DNA of 64,000 nucleotides from an uncultured virus (IMG/VR IMGVR_UViG_3300028809_000684). Taxonomy: Duplodnaviria > Heunggongvirae > Uroviricota > Caudoviricetes. A model generated the notes under the pieces. The model was not told where the DNA came from, ran no database searches, and saw nothing but the letters and a program-made list of their open reading frames with translations. Location: IMG/VR virus record IMGVR_UViG_3300028809_000684; one strand, written 5' to 3'. The position numbers were made by a program, and so were the translations under genes. How positions within the stretch are numbered: the first letter of the stretch is position 1; every line of letters begins with the position of its first letter. Positions 48,937 through 61,715 of the stretch are shown piece after piece.

Positions 48937-51900
48937 CCGATCACCACCTCTTTCGCGTAGAGGGACTGCGCCTGCTCATCGAGTTCTGCGTAGTCGAGTT
49001 TGGCATCGTCACAGGCATGCCGGGCTTCGGCAAGAACTGTAAGGATCGCCAGCTCGGTGGTCTCCACGCCGAGCTGGATGCGGAGTTGTGCGAAGAGCTT
49101 CCGCGCCCGCAGCGTGTGCGGATCGACAGGCTCCTCCAGCGCCTCGGCAGGGAACTTCAGCTTGTGGCGGGTACACAAGGCCTTGATCGGAGTGATCGCA
49201 GCCTTGAGCTTCGCCTCTGTCGCTGTCGTCGGCTCCTGAATCAGAGCCACGAGCTTCTGGACAGCCTTCTGTGGCGCCTTCCAGTAGGCCCAGCCGTCTG
49301 AGTTGGCGTCGACAAGGTCTTGAAACTCGGACAGCAGGCGGGTTGCGCGACCGAGGACGGGATGCGACTTGTGTCGATCCGCAGCCTCGCTCACTTCCCA
49401 GGTGTTCATGAAAATCACGGCTTCTGTCCTTTCTTCTCGCGGACGATGGAGGCGTCGATCTCTCGAACGCCTGCCTTCGCTGTTTGCCAGACCTTGTGGT
49501 CGACAGTGACACCGACGACCCCTTCAAGAATCCAGGCCAGCGTCGTCCACTGCCTCGGCGTCAGATCAAGCGTTCGCTTCATCGGGTTTCGGCTCCGCAA
49601 ACTTGTCTTCCGGCTTGCGCTCAGACTTCGCCTCAATGAAGGAGCTCGGCTTGCGCGACTGCGTGGCGATGTACGCCTCGGAGTAGATGGTGAAGTCGCC
49701 GTAGTAGACCCCGTCGTAGTAGACGAGGTCTTCGACGACCCACAGCATGTCTTCGTCACCGTTCGCCTTCATCAGGCGAATGGTCGACATGTACGTCTGG
49801 TGGACGCAGGTGTAGGGACCGAACAGCGGACCGTTGACGCCCCAGTCATCAAGCTCCTCATCCTTCGGACTGCGGCCGTGGAAGAGCTCGATATAGACCC
49901 CGCGGCCAGGCTGCTGGATCTCCGGGCTGACCTGGCTGATCGCTTGAACCTGGAACCAGCTGCGAAACCATCGCATGAACCACTGCATCAACTCGGATCC
50001 CTCGGGAACGGAATAGCGCTTGGGCGGGCGCATTTTGGCGTACATCTCGGTCATAGCTCCTCCACCCACAATGGATCCAGGCGGGCTTCCTGCTGCTCGC
50101 TCGGCGGGGAGATTGGCAGCCAGAACCACGTGTACCACATCTCGACCAGCCCGCTCGCCAGCGGATGCAGGACGAGCTTTGGATAGGAGGCCAGGACCGA
50201 GTGCTTCGGTTGCAGCTCGAAGACCTCCATGTACCGCCCGAAGGAGGTCTGCGCGAAGTTCCGGAAGGCCGGCAGAGTCGGTTCCATCACAGCGTGCGTC
50301 GACTGCCGCTTCAGTTGGCCGTGCGGAGCGAGAACAGCCAGGAAGCAGTCTTGCACGACCTGAACGTACTCGCTCATCATCACATCGCTGCGATGGCCGA
50401 GCAGGACTGCCAGCAGCGAGCTCTCAAGGGCTTTCTTCTTCCCCGGAGTCTCCAGGGACCGCACCACCCGAGAGAACTCCATCTCCAGCATCAGCTTCAG
50501 GTCGGGAAATTCCACGGTTGGCATCAGGGGCCTCAGGCGCGGGGTCTTCGGGGACGTGGATCCGATCGCCGGTATCGAGCCACACCCGCTGGGAATAGCT
50601 CAGATCCTCATACGGACGGTTCTTCAGCTTCTGCCGCTCGACCTCGATCATCTCGGGCGTAACGGGCGAGCGCAGGAAGGGCGGCATCTCTCCGTGGTAG
50701 GCGAGATACGCGTCGAGCGACGACCAGTGGAGGCCGTGCTCGGTCATCTCCCCGGCGAGCATCGTGCGAACTGCTTCGGTGACGGCCTGGACCAGCGTCA
50801 AGCTACCGACCGCACGGTGGTAGTGGATGTAGTTGCTGGGATGCAGCCGATAGAACACGTAGGCGATGGCGGTTTCCTGGGGCGAATCCCAGGGGACGAC
50901 CCTCGTCACGTAGAGGCCGGCAGCGACCTTACGGAACTGGACCGGCGCCACGTCGTACGGGCTCTTCGCCGTCAGCCTGCGCAGCGCGGGATGCAGCGGG
51001 TTCGTTGCTGTGAAGTGGTGGACAGCCAGAGCCTTGGTCGACTGCAGCACAGCCGCAACAGTCGACGGGTCCAGTTCGGCCTGGTCCATGTCCAGAACCT
51101 GATTGGCTTCGTCTCTGTTTTCCTCCTTGCGCTGGAAGCCGTCCATCGTAATGGCGGAGTCGAAGATGACCTGGATCTCCGCCGGCGTTATGCCGTACGT
51201 GCGGAGTTCCTCAGCGGCAGCTTCACGAATCGTCATGGTTTCTCTTTCTTGAGGAGGGCCTCGGCAACGTCCAAGGCCTCTCGGGCAATCTCGCGGGGCT
51301 CTTTGTGGTTTCCCCTAACGGCGTGGTAGGCGATCACCGCCAGGAAGGCGATCACGCGGACGCCCAGAACGACGGGCAGAATCGGCGTTTCGGTCAGAGG
51401 CGATTTCATGGGTGTTCCTTGGAGAATGTGTGTGCGGAGCAGATAGCCGACAGCCTTGTGGCCGGGATCCGCCCGCCGGGATGCTTCGCTCTCCCACAGG
51501 AATCGCCGAGAGCGGCCGAGGCCAGACTGCATCCAGTGGGAACCAAGAACGCAGTTCGGGTAGGTCTTCCGTGCCGCGGCGACCGCCGACCTCTCGTTAG
51601 GAAACTGCTGCGTCTCGGGCTCGGTCTTGTACAGGCAGAGGGTGTACCTCATCAACTCCTCACAGAATCTGGCGGAGGTTGGCTTCGAAGTCCTCGCCTG
51701 CGATCTGGATGATGTCCAGGTTGGTGATCTGGTAGTGGAAATTCCACTTCCCAGAGAACCCGTTCAGGCGAGCCCCGGGATCCTTCGGGTAGTGCGGCAG
51801 AAGCCGCTTGGCTTTGTCGACATCATCGAACCGACAGGCGATCCAGTTCCCGTAGACGTGAACCTTCAGCTCGCCGGCCTGGGTGTCGATGGTGTATTGC

Positions 51901-52334
51901 GTGGGATCCTCGGTGAGTGCCGGCTCGGCGCCGTGCTTCTGAAGGATCCCACAGATGGTGCGGATGAAGGTCTGCTCGCGCTTGACCTCAACCTGAGACT
52001 TGCCGTGGCGTTTGGTTCTCATAGGCAATCCTATCGGCTGGGTGGTCATGGTCTCCCTAAGCGAAGTTGACGCGATCAAGGGCCGCACGGCTGTAGATGC
52101 ACGTGACAACCCAACACTGTCGGGCTGGACAGAAGCCGAGCGACCCCAGCAGATGCGTGCCGGTGACGCTCTTCTGACTCGGATCCACGATGGCGTTGAC
52201 AGTCTCGCCGAGCAGACCTTTGAAGGTGACCTGCGTTCCGGCTGGCGGCGGATTAGCACCGTCCACAAACAGCTCGTCGTGTGGACCGCGGAGCTCTACG
52301 CCAACGACCTCGACAGGCATCTGAAAAGTCATGC

Positions 52335-52760
52335 TCATCTCGCGTGTCGAAGTTCTACGACGCCGAGAGCTTCCCTCGGCTCCTGGAAGACGCGATTTGC
52401 GTCGGTCGACTGCTGGATCTGGAAGTCGATCGGCAGGCCGGTCATCTTGTGACCCAGCTCACTGAAGGCCATGTTGAACGCCGCTAGCTTACCGTTCAGG
52501 CCTTGGTGACGCACGTCACCGAACAGGGCCTGGTATTCGTTGTCGGGCAGCATCAGCCGCACGTCAACATCTCGCCAGTCCCGAGTGTGGAGCGCGGAGC
52601 CAACCAGGTACGGCGGATGCCCGAAGGCGTGCCACACCTGGTGACCGAACTCCTGCAGATAGCGATAGGCCGGCATCCCAACGCGGGACGGGCCGTGCCG
52701 CTCAGGCTTGGGCGGGTGGATCCGGCTGAGCGCTCTCAGGTTTCCGAACAGCATTATCAT
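52335..52760 (-). CDS. Pol-beta-type minimal nucleotidyltransferase-like protein
   Basis: YLVGS..WRDVDVR (GS plus DxD) and a downstream IDFQ. Confidence 0.6.
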   Translation of the reverse strand: MIMLFGNLRALSRIHPPKPERHGPSRVGMPAYRYLQEFGHQVWHAFGHPPYLVGSALHTRDWRDVDVRLMLPDNEYQALFGDVRHQGLNGKLAAFNMAFSELGHKMTGLPIDFQIQQSTDANRVFQEPREALGVVELRHAR

Positions 52761-54344
52761 CCTCCCATCCATCACGTTGCCGCAGGTACTCGTCGGGAAC
52801 GGCCGCGAACAAGACCTCAGGTGCGTTGAACTCGACCTCGTCTTCCCACGTGCCATCGTAGTCAGAGCGGACGCTCTTGAGCGTGCCTACTGTCAGCACC
52901 TGGTAGTTGCCTTCGGCCGGCAGCTTGAACAGATCGCGTAGCTCAGCATCATCGTAGGTGAGCTCGATGACCTCCTTGGCCCACGTCGCCAGAGGGATCA
53001 CTGAGCCACTGGTTGGAACGAGCTCGTGTGCCCAGGTCTCAACCTCGATCCCGTCCTCGCCGAGAAGCCACAGGCGTACGAAGAATGTCCTCACCCGGAC
53101 GCTCCTCCCGAGATGATGGGCTTCGTCTCGACGTACTCCTCGATCTGCACGTGATCGTAGTAGGAGTCGTCATTCGAGTTGAAGATCCACCACTGGTTCT
53201 CCTTCTGGAGACGGGCGATCGGTTGGAACGTACCGCCGCCGGATCGCATGCCCGGCAGATCATTGTTCGCGAAGCGGACCGTTGAGAATGGCCCCTCGAC
53301 ACGTCGGTCCTTGACGTCGACCTTGTCCCAGAAAGCGACCTGGAATCGCGTGGACCTCTCCTGCGGCGATGCGAACGCCGGCGAGGTCAGCTGGTTCACG
53401 AGGTGCTCGGCGTGCTGGGCGAGCCAACCGTTGCACAGTCGGTGAAGCGCGTTCGGAGTTTCCAGCAGCACGGCCTCCATCACTCCGGGTGTGACGTGGT
53501 CCCGCATCAGGTGGTAGATGAACGCGACCAGCGGCGGGTACTCCACCTCCAGCCCGCCAGAGGCAGCCACCAGCTTTTCACGGGAATCAGTTCTCGTCAG
53601 CGTCATCGTCTTCCTCGGTTTCGTCGAGTTCTTCCAGGTCCGCTTCCAGCTCTTGCAACTCCTCCCCGATCTCTTCGGCGTAGTTCTCCTCGACTGAGAA
53701 CAGCAGCGTATGGATCGAAAACTCACCGTTACGATGAGCGAGGTGGCACAAGTCGACCATCAGATCCGTGATGGCACTCATGGGATCCGCGGTCAGCACT
53801 GAGGGGTGATCCCCGCAGGCTTTCACGAATGTTTCGAGCGCTTCCTGCGCCCAGTCAGCCCGTTGGTCGTTCGTGGGCGTTGTCATGATGGCTTCTCGGG
53901 AGCAGGAATCGGTTCAAGCCGAGTCCGCTCGATGAACTTTTTCGCGGCGGACGCCAACGCGTTCCACTGCTCAGTGCTGACCTGGACTTTCGTCCAACCG
54001 TCTGCCCCGGGGTGACTCATACTTTCAGCCAGAACTCCAGCCACCCGCCGCACGATCTGGATCGCCTGGTGGGCATCGGAAAGATCGTCATACTGCGGTC
54101 GGAACTGCTGTACGGCGAGATCGTCTTCCCACCGGTCGTCGAACATCTGCATGATGTCGTACTGCACGGTCCCCATCCGTTCGAACAGTTCTCGCAGGTG
54201 GAATGCGAGTCTGGCACGCTCTGAAGCGTAGGTCGTAGGTGGGGACAGTTCTTTGACGACCTCTCTGATCAGGTCGGCGCCGGCGCAGGCCTCCGCTACC
54301 CGAGCCAGCAATTTAGTTGCCAGGGCCACGTGGCCCTCCTTTCA

Positions 54345-54668
54345 TTAGGGTCGGACTGCCGTCTCTCCTGTTTCGCCGGTCCGGATACGGATCGCCTCTT
54401 CCAGGTTGCTCACCCAGATGAGTCCGTCTCCAGTCTTACCGGTCCTGGCCTTTGCGATCGCTGCGACGGCCGCGTCGACCTCGCTGTCCAGGACCACGAT
54501 GTCGAGCTTCAGCTTCGGCAGGAAGTCGGCGCAAAAGTCCTTCGGGTTTTGCTTCCGACCGATTCCACGAGCCTCGGTCACCGTCATCGCGTGGATGCCG
54601 GCTTCGAGAAGTGCTTGCTGGACATCCGACAGCTTGTAGTGGCGGATGACCGCTTCGATCTTCTTCAC
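54345..54668 (-). CDS. glnB: P-II nitrogen regulatory protein with a shortened T-loop
   Basis: MKKIEAVIR, DFLPKLKLDIVV, ARTGKTGDGLIWV and IRIRTGETG. Confidence 0.95.
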   Translation of the reverse strand: MKKIEAVIRHYKLSDVQQALLEAGIHAMTVTEARGIGRKQNPKDFCADFLPKLKLDIVVLDSEVDAAVAAIAKARTGKTGDGLIWVSNLEEAIRIRTGETGETAVRP

Positions 54669-54679
54669 GTCGATTCTCC

Positions 54680-55150
54680 TCAGACGACCTTGTGCTGGCG
54701 GTACACGACCGCCATGTCGACATGGCGGTCAGACTCTGGAAGCCGATATCTGCAGGTCTTCGGTTCCGCGGTGAGGTCATAACCTTCTGAGGTTCCGTGG
54801 CGAAGCAACCACTTAATCCGGGCAACGGCCGCGTTCCGATTTGCACAGCCGGCCTGCATCAGGAACAGAAAGGACGCGAGCTGCCCGTTCAATCCAAGAT
54901 GCGCGGCCGCTGCATCAAACACTCCACGTTGGCGGGCGTGGATGTCGTCACCGTGCAGATCAAACAAAATGCACGCGTGCCCAGCAACACACGCAGTTGT
55001 CCCGCAGTTGTAGACTGCACCCTTCGTGCCTTTCTTCGCCTGGAACTTCCGCTCGGCTATCGAGCGCCCGAAGTAGATCTTGTAGTTGAACTTCTCGGGC
55101 GGAGATTCCAGCAGGTACTTCATCAACCTTCGCAAACGACCCTTTCGCAT
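54680..55150 (-). CDS. CGTxAC-AG phage protein
   Basis: NCGTTACVAGHA...AAAHLGL...FLF. Confidence 0.6.
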   Translation of the reverse strand: MRKGRLRRLMKYLLESPPEKFNYKIYFGRSIAERKFQAKKGTKGAVYNCGTTACVAGHACILFDLHGDDIHARQRGVFDAAAAHLGLNGQLASFLFLMQAGCANRNAAVARIKWLLRHGTSEGYDLTAEPKTCRYRLPESDRHVDMAVVYRQHKVV

Positions 55151-55679
55151 GATTACTCCTCAGATCGGGTTAGAAGGGATTTGTGGAAGCGAACTTCCTC
55201 GTCGGGCAGTGCATCGGGAACGAGATACCCGTGCTCCCAGACCTTTTTGCCGTGGCTGTCTGCGAACATGACGCCGAAGCAACCTGGCCGGTTGAGTCGA
55301 TGTCCGGTCAGCGGATTCCAGCCGATGATGATGTAGTCTCGGTATGCGGAATTGGCGTACGGGGTCCGCGTGTAGGTGAACAGCTCCCCGTTCCGCATCT
55401 GCATCAGGATCGGAATTCGCTGGTGTGCGACCATCCGTGTGACCGTGAAACTCCTCGCGGAGATCCTCGGGAGCTTGGATAGGGGCGTTGAGTCGTCAGC
55501 CACTCTTGTCCTCCACGACGAGGGTCTCGTTGCCTTTCGGCTCGCCCTCATCGACCCAGCCGATGCCGACCCAACGGAGGCGTTTGCCTCCGGCGACAAC
55601 TACCTGCGGCAGGTCCTTGCTGTTGGTGAACTCCAGCCGTTTGAGGCGGGAGTATTCGATGGTCTTCCGTGGCTTCTTT

Positions 55680-56105
55680 TTAGCCATCACAATCTCCCGG
55701 GTTGAACTGGTTGAGCGGGATCATCGGATAGTGCGTGACCCCGAGAGCCTTCAGAGCGTAGAGGCGATGGTAGCCGTCTCGCAGCAGGCCACGCAGGCAG
55801 TCGATGATCAGCGGCGGGAACTGGCAGCCACGAGCCATCGCAACCACGTACTCCGCAGCTTTCTTGTAGTCCTCACTGGACCAGCAGGCGCCGCTGCTGC
55901 GGTCGTCGTTGCACAGATCGTCCCACTCGTCCCAGTGGTCTGAGATGGGGCGGAGCCACACCTGAATGACCTGGTCAGGCCGAAATCCTCGTCTGACCAG
56001 GTCGGTGAGCAGCACCTGCATGTCAGCCGGCAGGCTGTCGAAGCGAATCCGGAATGGCGGACCGCCCACGTCAGTTCTGCGGCGTGAACGAGTCGGGATC
56101 GGCAT
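55680..56105 (-). CDS. ParB/sulfiredoxin-like N-terminal domain protein
   Basis: FPPLII...DGYHRLYALKALG. Confidence 0.65.
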   Translation of the reverse strand: MPIPTRSRRRTDVGGPPFRIRFDSLPADMQVLLTDLVRRGFRPDQVIQVWLRPISDHWDEWDDLCNDDRSSGACWSSEDYKKAAEYVVAMARGCQFPPLIIDCLRGLLRDGYHRLYALKALGVTHYPMIPLNQFNPGDCDG

Positions 56106-57460
56106 CGAACGCCTTCTTGTCCACGATGTCGCCGTGTGGTGTTCGAACGAGGTTCATGGCAGCCAACTCGGCATCTGAGAGGTGAGGCGCCTGGGCTGGA
56201 ACGATGTCCTCCGGCCGAGCCGGCATCTGGGGATTGTCCGGCAGCCCCACCGCCCGTAGCTGATCGTTGGACGGGTCCACGTAGTCGCGATAGTACCACG
56301 TGAAGGTGAGGCGGATTGCTCCAGCCTCCTGTCGCTCTGCCTCGATCGTAGGCATGGTCAAGAATCGCTGACCGTCCGAGATCAGGTTCTCGCGGATGAA
56401 GTCGCCGACCGCCGTCTCCATCGCCAGTTCGACCGAGTTGGAAAGAAGCACTGCGGTGTAGAAGGCCACCCGCTTCTTGATGTTTCCTGGGGCGCTGCTG
56501 GTCGCCATGACGATCGGCATGACGCTGTGGACCCTCGGGTACGGCGCACCGTTGACGTACTTGGTGACGAACCAGAAGTGCTCGACGGGCTGCTTGGTCC
56601 CGACTGGCTCCAGCATGAGCTTTCCAAGCTGCTCCATCAGGAGCTTCATGGCGAACTGCAGCAGGATGATACCGCCCATTCTCGACTGGGCCTCGTCGAT
56701 TCCGAATCTCGTAGTGGTCATTGTGTTCAATGCGCGGGTATTGGAATTGGGGATCGGGAATTGGGAATTTCAGCCAGTGTGGTCCGGATGCGGGTAGGCC
56801 GCGATCGACTCCAGCTGCTGCGGCGTCGGCACAGGGCGGAATCGCCAGCCCCACGAGAAGCCCAGATCCATCGTTTCTGGGCTGGCCCGGGTCACGCGGA
56901 TCCGCGGCAGGCAGGCCAGACCCACAAGGCCGCTCTTCTCGCCAGGGTCGCCGGCCAGTGTGAAGCGCTTGTAGATCTCACGCAGGGCGAGGTAAGTCTG
57001 ATCCGGCTGACCGACAGCGGCCGACTGCGAGAGGTAGCCGTGCTGCAGATCACTGGGTTCCCCGGTAATCGCCAGCACCTGCGGAGTGACCAGGTAGATG
57101 CGTGGGCAAGGCTCAATCGAGCTCGCCAGCAGGAAGTACAGCGCCGTCAGATCCTTGGATTGATCCAGGTCGACGCCGGCTGCGTTGCGATGGAGGCGAA
57201 CAGCCTCCTTGTGGAGCATTTCGTACTGCTCATCCGTCACGGGATTCTCCTCGGGTATTGGAGTTGGTAAGTCGGATCTACCAGTTTCCACCGGCAGTGC
57301 TGGCGTCGCCGAAGGAGCAGGGACCGCACATGCCCGTTGCAGGAAGCGTCGGCACACTTCCACAGACACTGCACGGTTTTGACCAGTCTGGCTTCGTCAT
57401 CTCGGGCGAGAGGACTTCCGGCTCTGGCTCGTCATTAGCATTTTCAGTATCAGACACTAC

Positions 57461-58249
57461 TCAGACCTCAGCTTCGAGAAACAGGGCGACGGCTGCCTCC
57501 TGCGCAGGCGTGATGCGCGGCACAAACCGACAGCACCAGCACATCGAAAACTCGACTTCCAACTCATTGAACCGATTGGCCCACAGATGCGGCGTAGTCG
57601 TGAGGCTGACGAGGTCGCCATCGCCTGGATTCGTAAAAGTGAGGTAGCGAGCGTAGAGCTGGTCTACCGTCGATACGAATCGAGCAGCACTTCCGGCATC
57701 GAGCCCAATCGTAAACAGGAGCTGACCGAACTTGATGTCGGCGGGCGGGCCAAACATGGCGATAACTTCGGCACCAGCCAGTACGGTGTTCGGCTGCTCC
57801 GCCGCGCCGTGAAAGTAGAAGTACGCAGTTTGAACCCGCCGCTTTTCGCCGATCGGGAACGCCTTGACCTTGCCAAGGAGTTCCTCGGCGTCTGCGAGCG
57901 GCGTGAAAGTCGTATGACGGGATGCGTTTGACACGCCAAACTTGTCCTTTCTGTTGAGATCTCGGAGGAAGGCCTGAACGTGGTAGGCCCCGCTCTGAGC
58001 GCTAGCCGCAAAGGCATCGACCGGTAGACCGTAGATGTGCTGCCGCAGCCGCACAGCAACGAGACCCCGGCACTTTTCGATGAAGCTCTTCTGCAATGGG
58101 CCTTCGCTGTGCTGTCCGGCGCGGGCCAAAACGTCCTCCGCCAGGCCGGCGTCGAACATGGGGAGATCGCCTGCCATCTTACGGAGTTCGTAGTGCGGGC
58201 AGTTGCTGAAGATGTTTGGCAGCTTCGGTATGTCAGTTGGTCTTTTCAC
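57461..58249 (-). CDS. Hypothetical protein
   Basis: 262-aa ORF. Confidence 0.6.
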   Translation of the reverse strand: MKRPTDIPKLPNIFSNCPHYELRKMAGDLPMFDAGLAEDVLARAGQHSEGPLQKSFIEKCRGLVAVRLRQHIYGLPVDAFAASAQSGAYHVQAFLRDLNRKDKFGVSNASRHTTFTPLADAEELLGKVKAFPIGEKRRVQTAYFYFHGAAEQPNTVLAGAEVIAMFGPPADIKFGQLLFTIGLDAGSAARFVSTVDQLYARYLTFTNPGDGDLVSLTTTPHLWANRFNELEVEFSMCWCCRFVPRITPAQEAAVALFLEAEV

Positions 58250-58439
58250 AGCGTCTTTTCAACTCCAGATACCGATGGCAAAGAGAGCGAAGAAGAACAG
58301 CAGCACCCACTCGTACCAGCTCCAGCCCCACCGCTCCCGGTCGCAGTGCAGGCAGACGTAGCGAAGCGGAACGGGAAAGCGAGCCGGGCAGTGCGGGTTG
58401 TTTCGGTTGCAGCGTTTGCAGTGCATCAGGTTTCCTGGG

Positions 58440-58883
58440 TCAGTAGTCGCCGGCAACACGGTACGGGAAGACGTGCGACTTGACCGTCTTCAAGACATTC
58501 GGCTGCATCTCGATCCACTCGATGTGCCAGCGCCGCTCGGGCGCCGCATCTGGATCGTCGGTGTGCTCCTCGAATTCCACGATCCGGATCGACTGAGTGG
58601 AGTTAGTGACCGATTTGATCACCTGCCGTCTGAGGTACGGATACGGCTCCTCGCCGGTGTCGCGCTGTGTTGTTCCGAAGATCGCACCGCGCAGAACCGG
58701 CAGAGCCCGTCCTAATTCCGCGTGATCCCACAGAGCTTTCAACGCTTTGTCGATATCCGCCGTCCCTCGACGCGACTGGCGAACTCCGACAGCCGCGACC
58801 AGCCAAGCCACAATCTCCAGACCCTTGGCCGCTTCTTCCATCCGTTGTCTATGCGCCGGGTTCGTTTCTTCGGTTGCGCTCAT
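58440..58883 (-). CDS. LW-x-A..LPV..G-IxG paralogue family member
   Basis: DKALKALWDHAELGRALPVLRGAIFG. Confidence 0.65.
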   Translation of the reverse strand: MSATEETNPAHRQRMEEAAKGLEIVAWLVAAVGVRQSRRGTADIDKALKALWDHAELGRALPVLRGAIFGTTQRDTGEEPYPYLRRQVIKSVTNSTQSIRIVEFEEHTDDPDAAPERRWHIEWIEMQPNVLKTVKSHVFPYRVAGDY

Positions 58884-59392
58884 GATCCGGTGACTTCCTT
58901 TCTGAGACGCTTGTAAGGGAATGCGTAGGCGGACACGACACGCAGATCCTCGTCGCGATCGACCACGCTCTCAATCCGCCATTCTTTGTGCTTGAAGACC
59001 TGGCCCAGAATCACCGTCTCGACCTGCCGCATGCGAAGGGTCTTGGTCGAGTTCACCACGGAGGTATTGTCCGCGTACCAGAGGATCGGAGACTCCGTTT
59101 GGCCGGCCAGCAGGAGTTCTGGAATCTCGTAAACCCCGAAGATCGGCCCTATGAGCACAGGGAGTGCCAGCCCCTCAGAGGCGTGTTCCCAGAGCCGGTT
59201 CAGCCATTTGTCCACATCCGCATCCGCCCACGAGCTATTCAGCTGCTTGACAAACAGGCCACCCAGCAAAGCTCTGACGTATCCCAGCGCAAGGCGGGCG
59301 TCCTCTGTTTCTTTGCTCGTCTGCTCGCTGGGCGCCGGTTTCCGCGGCTCCCGATCAAACGCGGAACCGGCACTTCCTGGTCCGTCACCCAT
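58880..59392 (-). CDS. LW-x-A..LPV..G-IxG paralogue family member
   Basis: DKWLNRLWEHASEGLALPVLIGPIFG. Confidence 0.65.
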   Translation of the reverse strand: MGDGPGSAGSAFDREPRKPAPSEQTSKETEDARLALGYVRALLGGLFVKQLNSSWADADVDKWLNRLWEHASEGLALPVLIGPIFGVYEIPELLLAGQTESPILWYADNTSVVNSTKTLRMRQVETVILGQVFKHKEWRIESVVDRDEDLRVVSAYAFPYKRLRKEVTGS

Positions 59393-59851
59393 GTTCGTTG
59401 TCCTCGTGTATTGGAATCAGCCCTGGCCCGGAAAAGGTGAATGAGTGTCGGGGTTGCCTGACTCATTCACCCTCCCCGCGCCATTTTGCATCACTCTCCC
59501 ACGCTCCGCCCAGAGGGGCGCAATCGCACGGGATGGTCAAATTCGGCGTTTCACACTACGCCAGCGAACAAGGGCCGCATCGTGCTCCCGTGACCAGAAG
59601 TAGGCAATAATCCACGCCAGCATCAGAAACCGTGTTTTGCACGTCTTCTGTGGATACGGGCAGATATCGCCGTACCACGTGTGTTTGCTCACCTCGTAGT
59701 ACACATTCACTCCTTCCTGCGTTGTCTTCAGACGCATCCCTGGTTTCGCATTTCTCTCTCAGGAGTTCTTTCGCCCGTAATCCGCCTGATCTCTCGTTGT
59801 TGGCGGGCTTCACGTTCCAATTCTCCCCACGTCACTTCGCATCACCTCCTC

Positions 59852-60505
59852 TCACGGCCCCAGCAATCTCTCCAGGGCTTGTAGATCCGCAATCGCGTTC
59901 TGGCATTCCGTATCGTTCGAGTCTTCCTCCATGACCGCGTACTGCTCTGTTTCCAGCGCAGCAATCTCATCCTTGATCGTGTTCACTGCAGCATTCTTCT
60001 GCGCAATGAGGGCGTCAATGCGTGTCAGCTTCTCTTTTCGCACTTGGGCTCGGCTCGCAATCGTCTCCAATCGGGCGAGTTTCTCCGACAGGGACAGCTT
60101 TGGTGGCTCAGGCTCTGGGGTAGCTGCCTCCAGCGTCTCTGGTTCCTCGTTCGGTGGCAGAAGTTTGTCGTCGTACCGCTCGAAGTGCATGTGGATGTCT
60201 CGGGCGTCCCATTCCTTGAAGTCCCCGATGATCAGGGCTTCATAGATTCCGCCGTTGTCCATTCCATCCGGCCTGAGCAGGACAATGATGGCGTTTCGTT
60301 GGTACGGGCGCAGCCTCACTTCCCCTGGTGGGAGGCCCGACTTCACTCGCCGCGAGATCCGCACCGAATAAGAGCCTGGCGGAGCATCCCGCTCCTGGAG
60401 AAAGTCCAGAACCTGCTCCCGGTAGGGATTCCAGTTCTTCAGAATGAGGTTCCCGGTCTCGAACTTAGAGATCCGGTGCTGGCTTTGGGCCTTGGTGACG
60501 TTCAT
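59852..60505 (-). CDS. Hypothetical protein with a C-terminal coiled coil
   Basis: Start MNVTKAQ after GGAGG. Confidence 0.65.
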   Translation of the reverse strand: MNVTKAQSQHRISKFETGNLILKNWNPYREQVLDFLQERDAPPGSYSVRISRRVKSGLPPGEVRLRPYQRNAIIVLLRPDGMDNGGIYEALIIGDFKEWDARDIHMHFERYDDKLLPPNEEPETLEAATPEPEPPKLSLSEKLARLETIASRAQVRKEKLTRIDALIAQKNAAVNTIKDEIAALETEQYAVMEEDSNDTECQNAIADLQALERLLGP

Positions 60506-60581
60506 AGAGCCTCCCGTGGGTAGAAGTGAGCATCCAAGGCCGGAGCTCTCTGGCAGGCTCCGGCGCGGGGCGCCCACTCCC

Positions 60582-61049
60582 TTACAGAAGGGCAGAAATG
60601 CTGCAGCTCTTCAGCCCAGTCGTGAGATCGGTCAGCTGCAGCCCCTTTGTGAGCGCTTTCGCCACGTCCTCGTATTCGTCGCGAGCGAAATCCTCGCCGA
60701 GACCAGGTCGGCCCGGCCTGCTCAGATGCGTCTCGAACACATTGTCGAACAAGCGGATCCTGAACTCGTGTCCGTTGACCGGGTTGTAGATCCTCCTGTC
60801 CGTCAGGCGTTCAATCGTTGCTTCGACGCTGTCGGTCTCCAGGTCGCGGCGTGAAACCACACCCGCCTTGAGATCCTCCAACGAGATGTCTCTGCAGGCA
60901 TTCCAGCACGCCACGAGGCGCTCAGCGTCCTGCGGATCCGACGCTGTGAAGATGACAGTCCCAGAGAAGTTCGCCGGGACCGCGTTCGTGTAGTCCTGGT
61001 CCTTCTGGAGTTTGGGATACACCATCAGGACCGTAATGGGGTCAGTCAT
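60582..61049 (-). CDS. ERLVxCWNA paralogue family member
   Basis: AERLVACWNACRDISLEDLKAG. Confidence 0.65.
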   Translation of the reverse strand: MTDPITVLMVYPKLQKDQDYTNAVPANFSGTVIFTASDPQDAERLVACWNACRDISLEDLKAGVVSRRDLETDSVEATIERLTDRRIYNPVNGHEFRIRLFDNVFETHLSRPGRPGLGEDFARDEYEDVAKALTKGLQLTDLTTGLKSCSISALL

Positions 61050-61715
61050 CGGAACTCCCAGGGTTGATTTCGTGAGCCTGGTCCTCCGGATCGAGCTTCC
61101 TACTCATCACGCCCATGACGGTCGTGTACTCCTCATCCTTGGTGTCGCCGGCCAGGGCCTTCTGGATTGCCGCCTCAAGTGAGTCGGCTTCCACGGTGTA
61201 GTCGCACCCGTGCATCTCAGTTGTGATGACGGGAACACGATAGAGCGGCAAAGCGGCTCCTTTCAGGCTGGTGGAAGAAGTTCCTCGGGCTGGTAGCCAT
61301 ACTTGTTGAGAACGGCAGCCATATCGGCTGCCGTAAGAGACTGAGTCACCATCCCATCGGACAGCGAGATCGACACATAGCGTTTCGACGGCGTTTCCAG
61401 ACACTCCGTGCCTGCCACGTAGCCGATCAGCCAGCGTTCTTTCGTATCTGGCTTTCCATAGCGGCGCCCAGGCTTGATGTCGTCGGCTTGCCATTCAACT
61501 TTCATTGGGCATCATCCATTCTGGGAAGGTGATGTTGATCCGGACGGGCATCCAGTCCCCGTTCGGGTCGCTCGTCACCTCTACGTTGATCTCTGGCGGG
61601 CCGTACACCTCCTCAGCGACAGCCTTGAACGCCTGCAGGAACTTCGCGTGGGTCTCTGGTGTCAGAGGCTTGCCAATGAAGCCCTGGAGGCGTTCGCGTA
61701 GCTGGTCCTTGTAGC

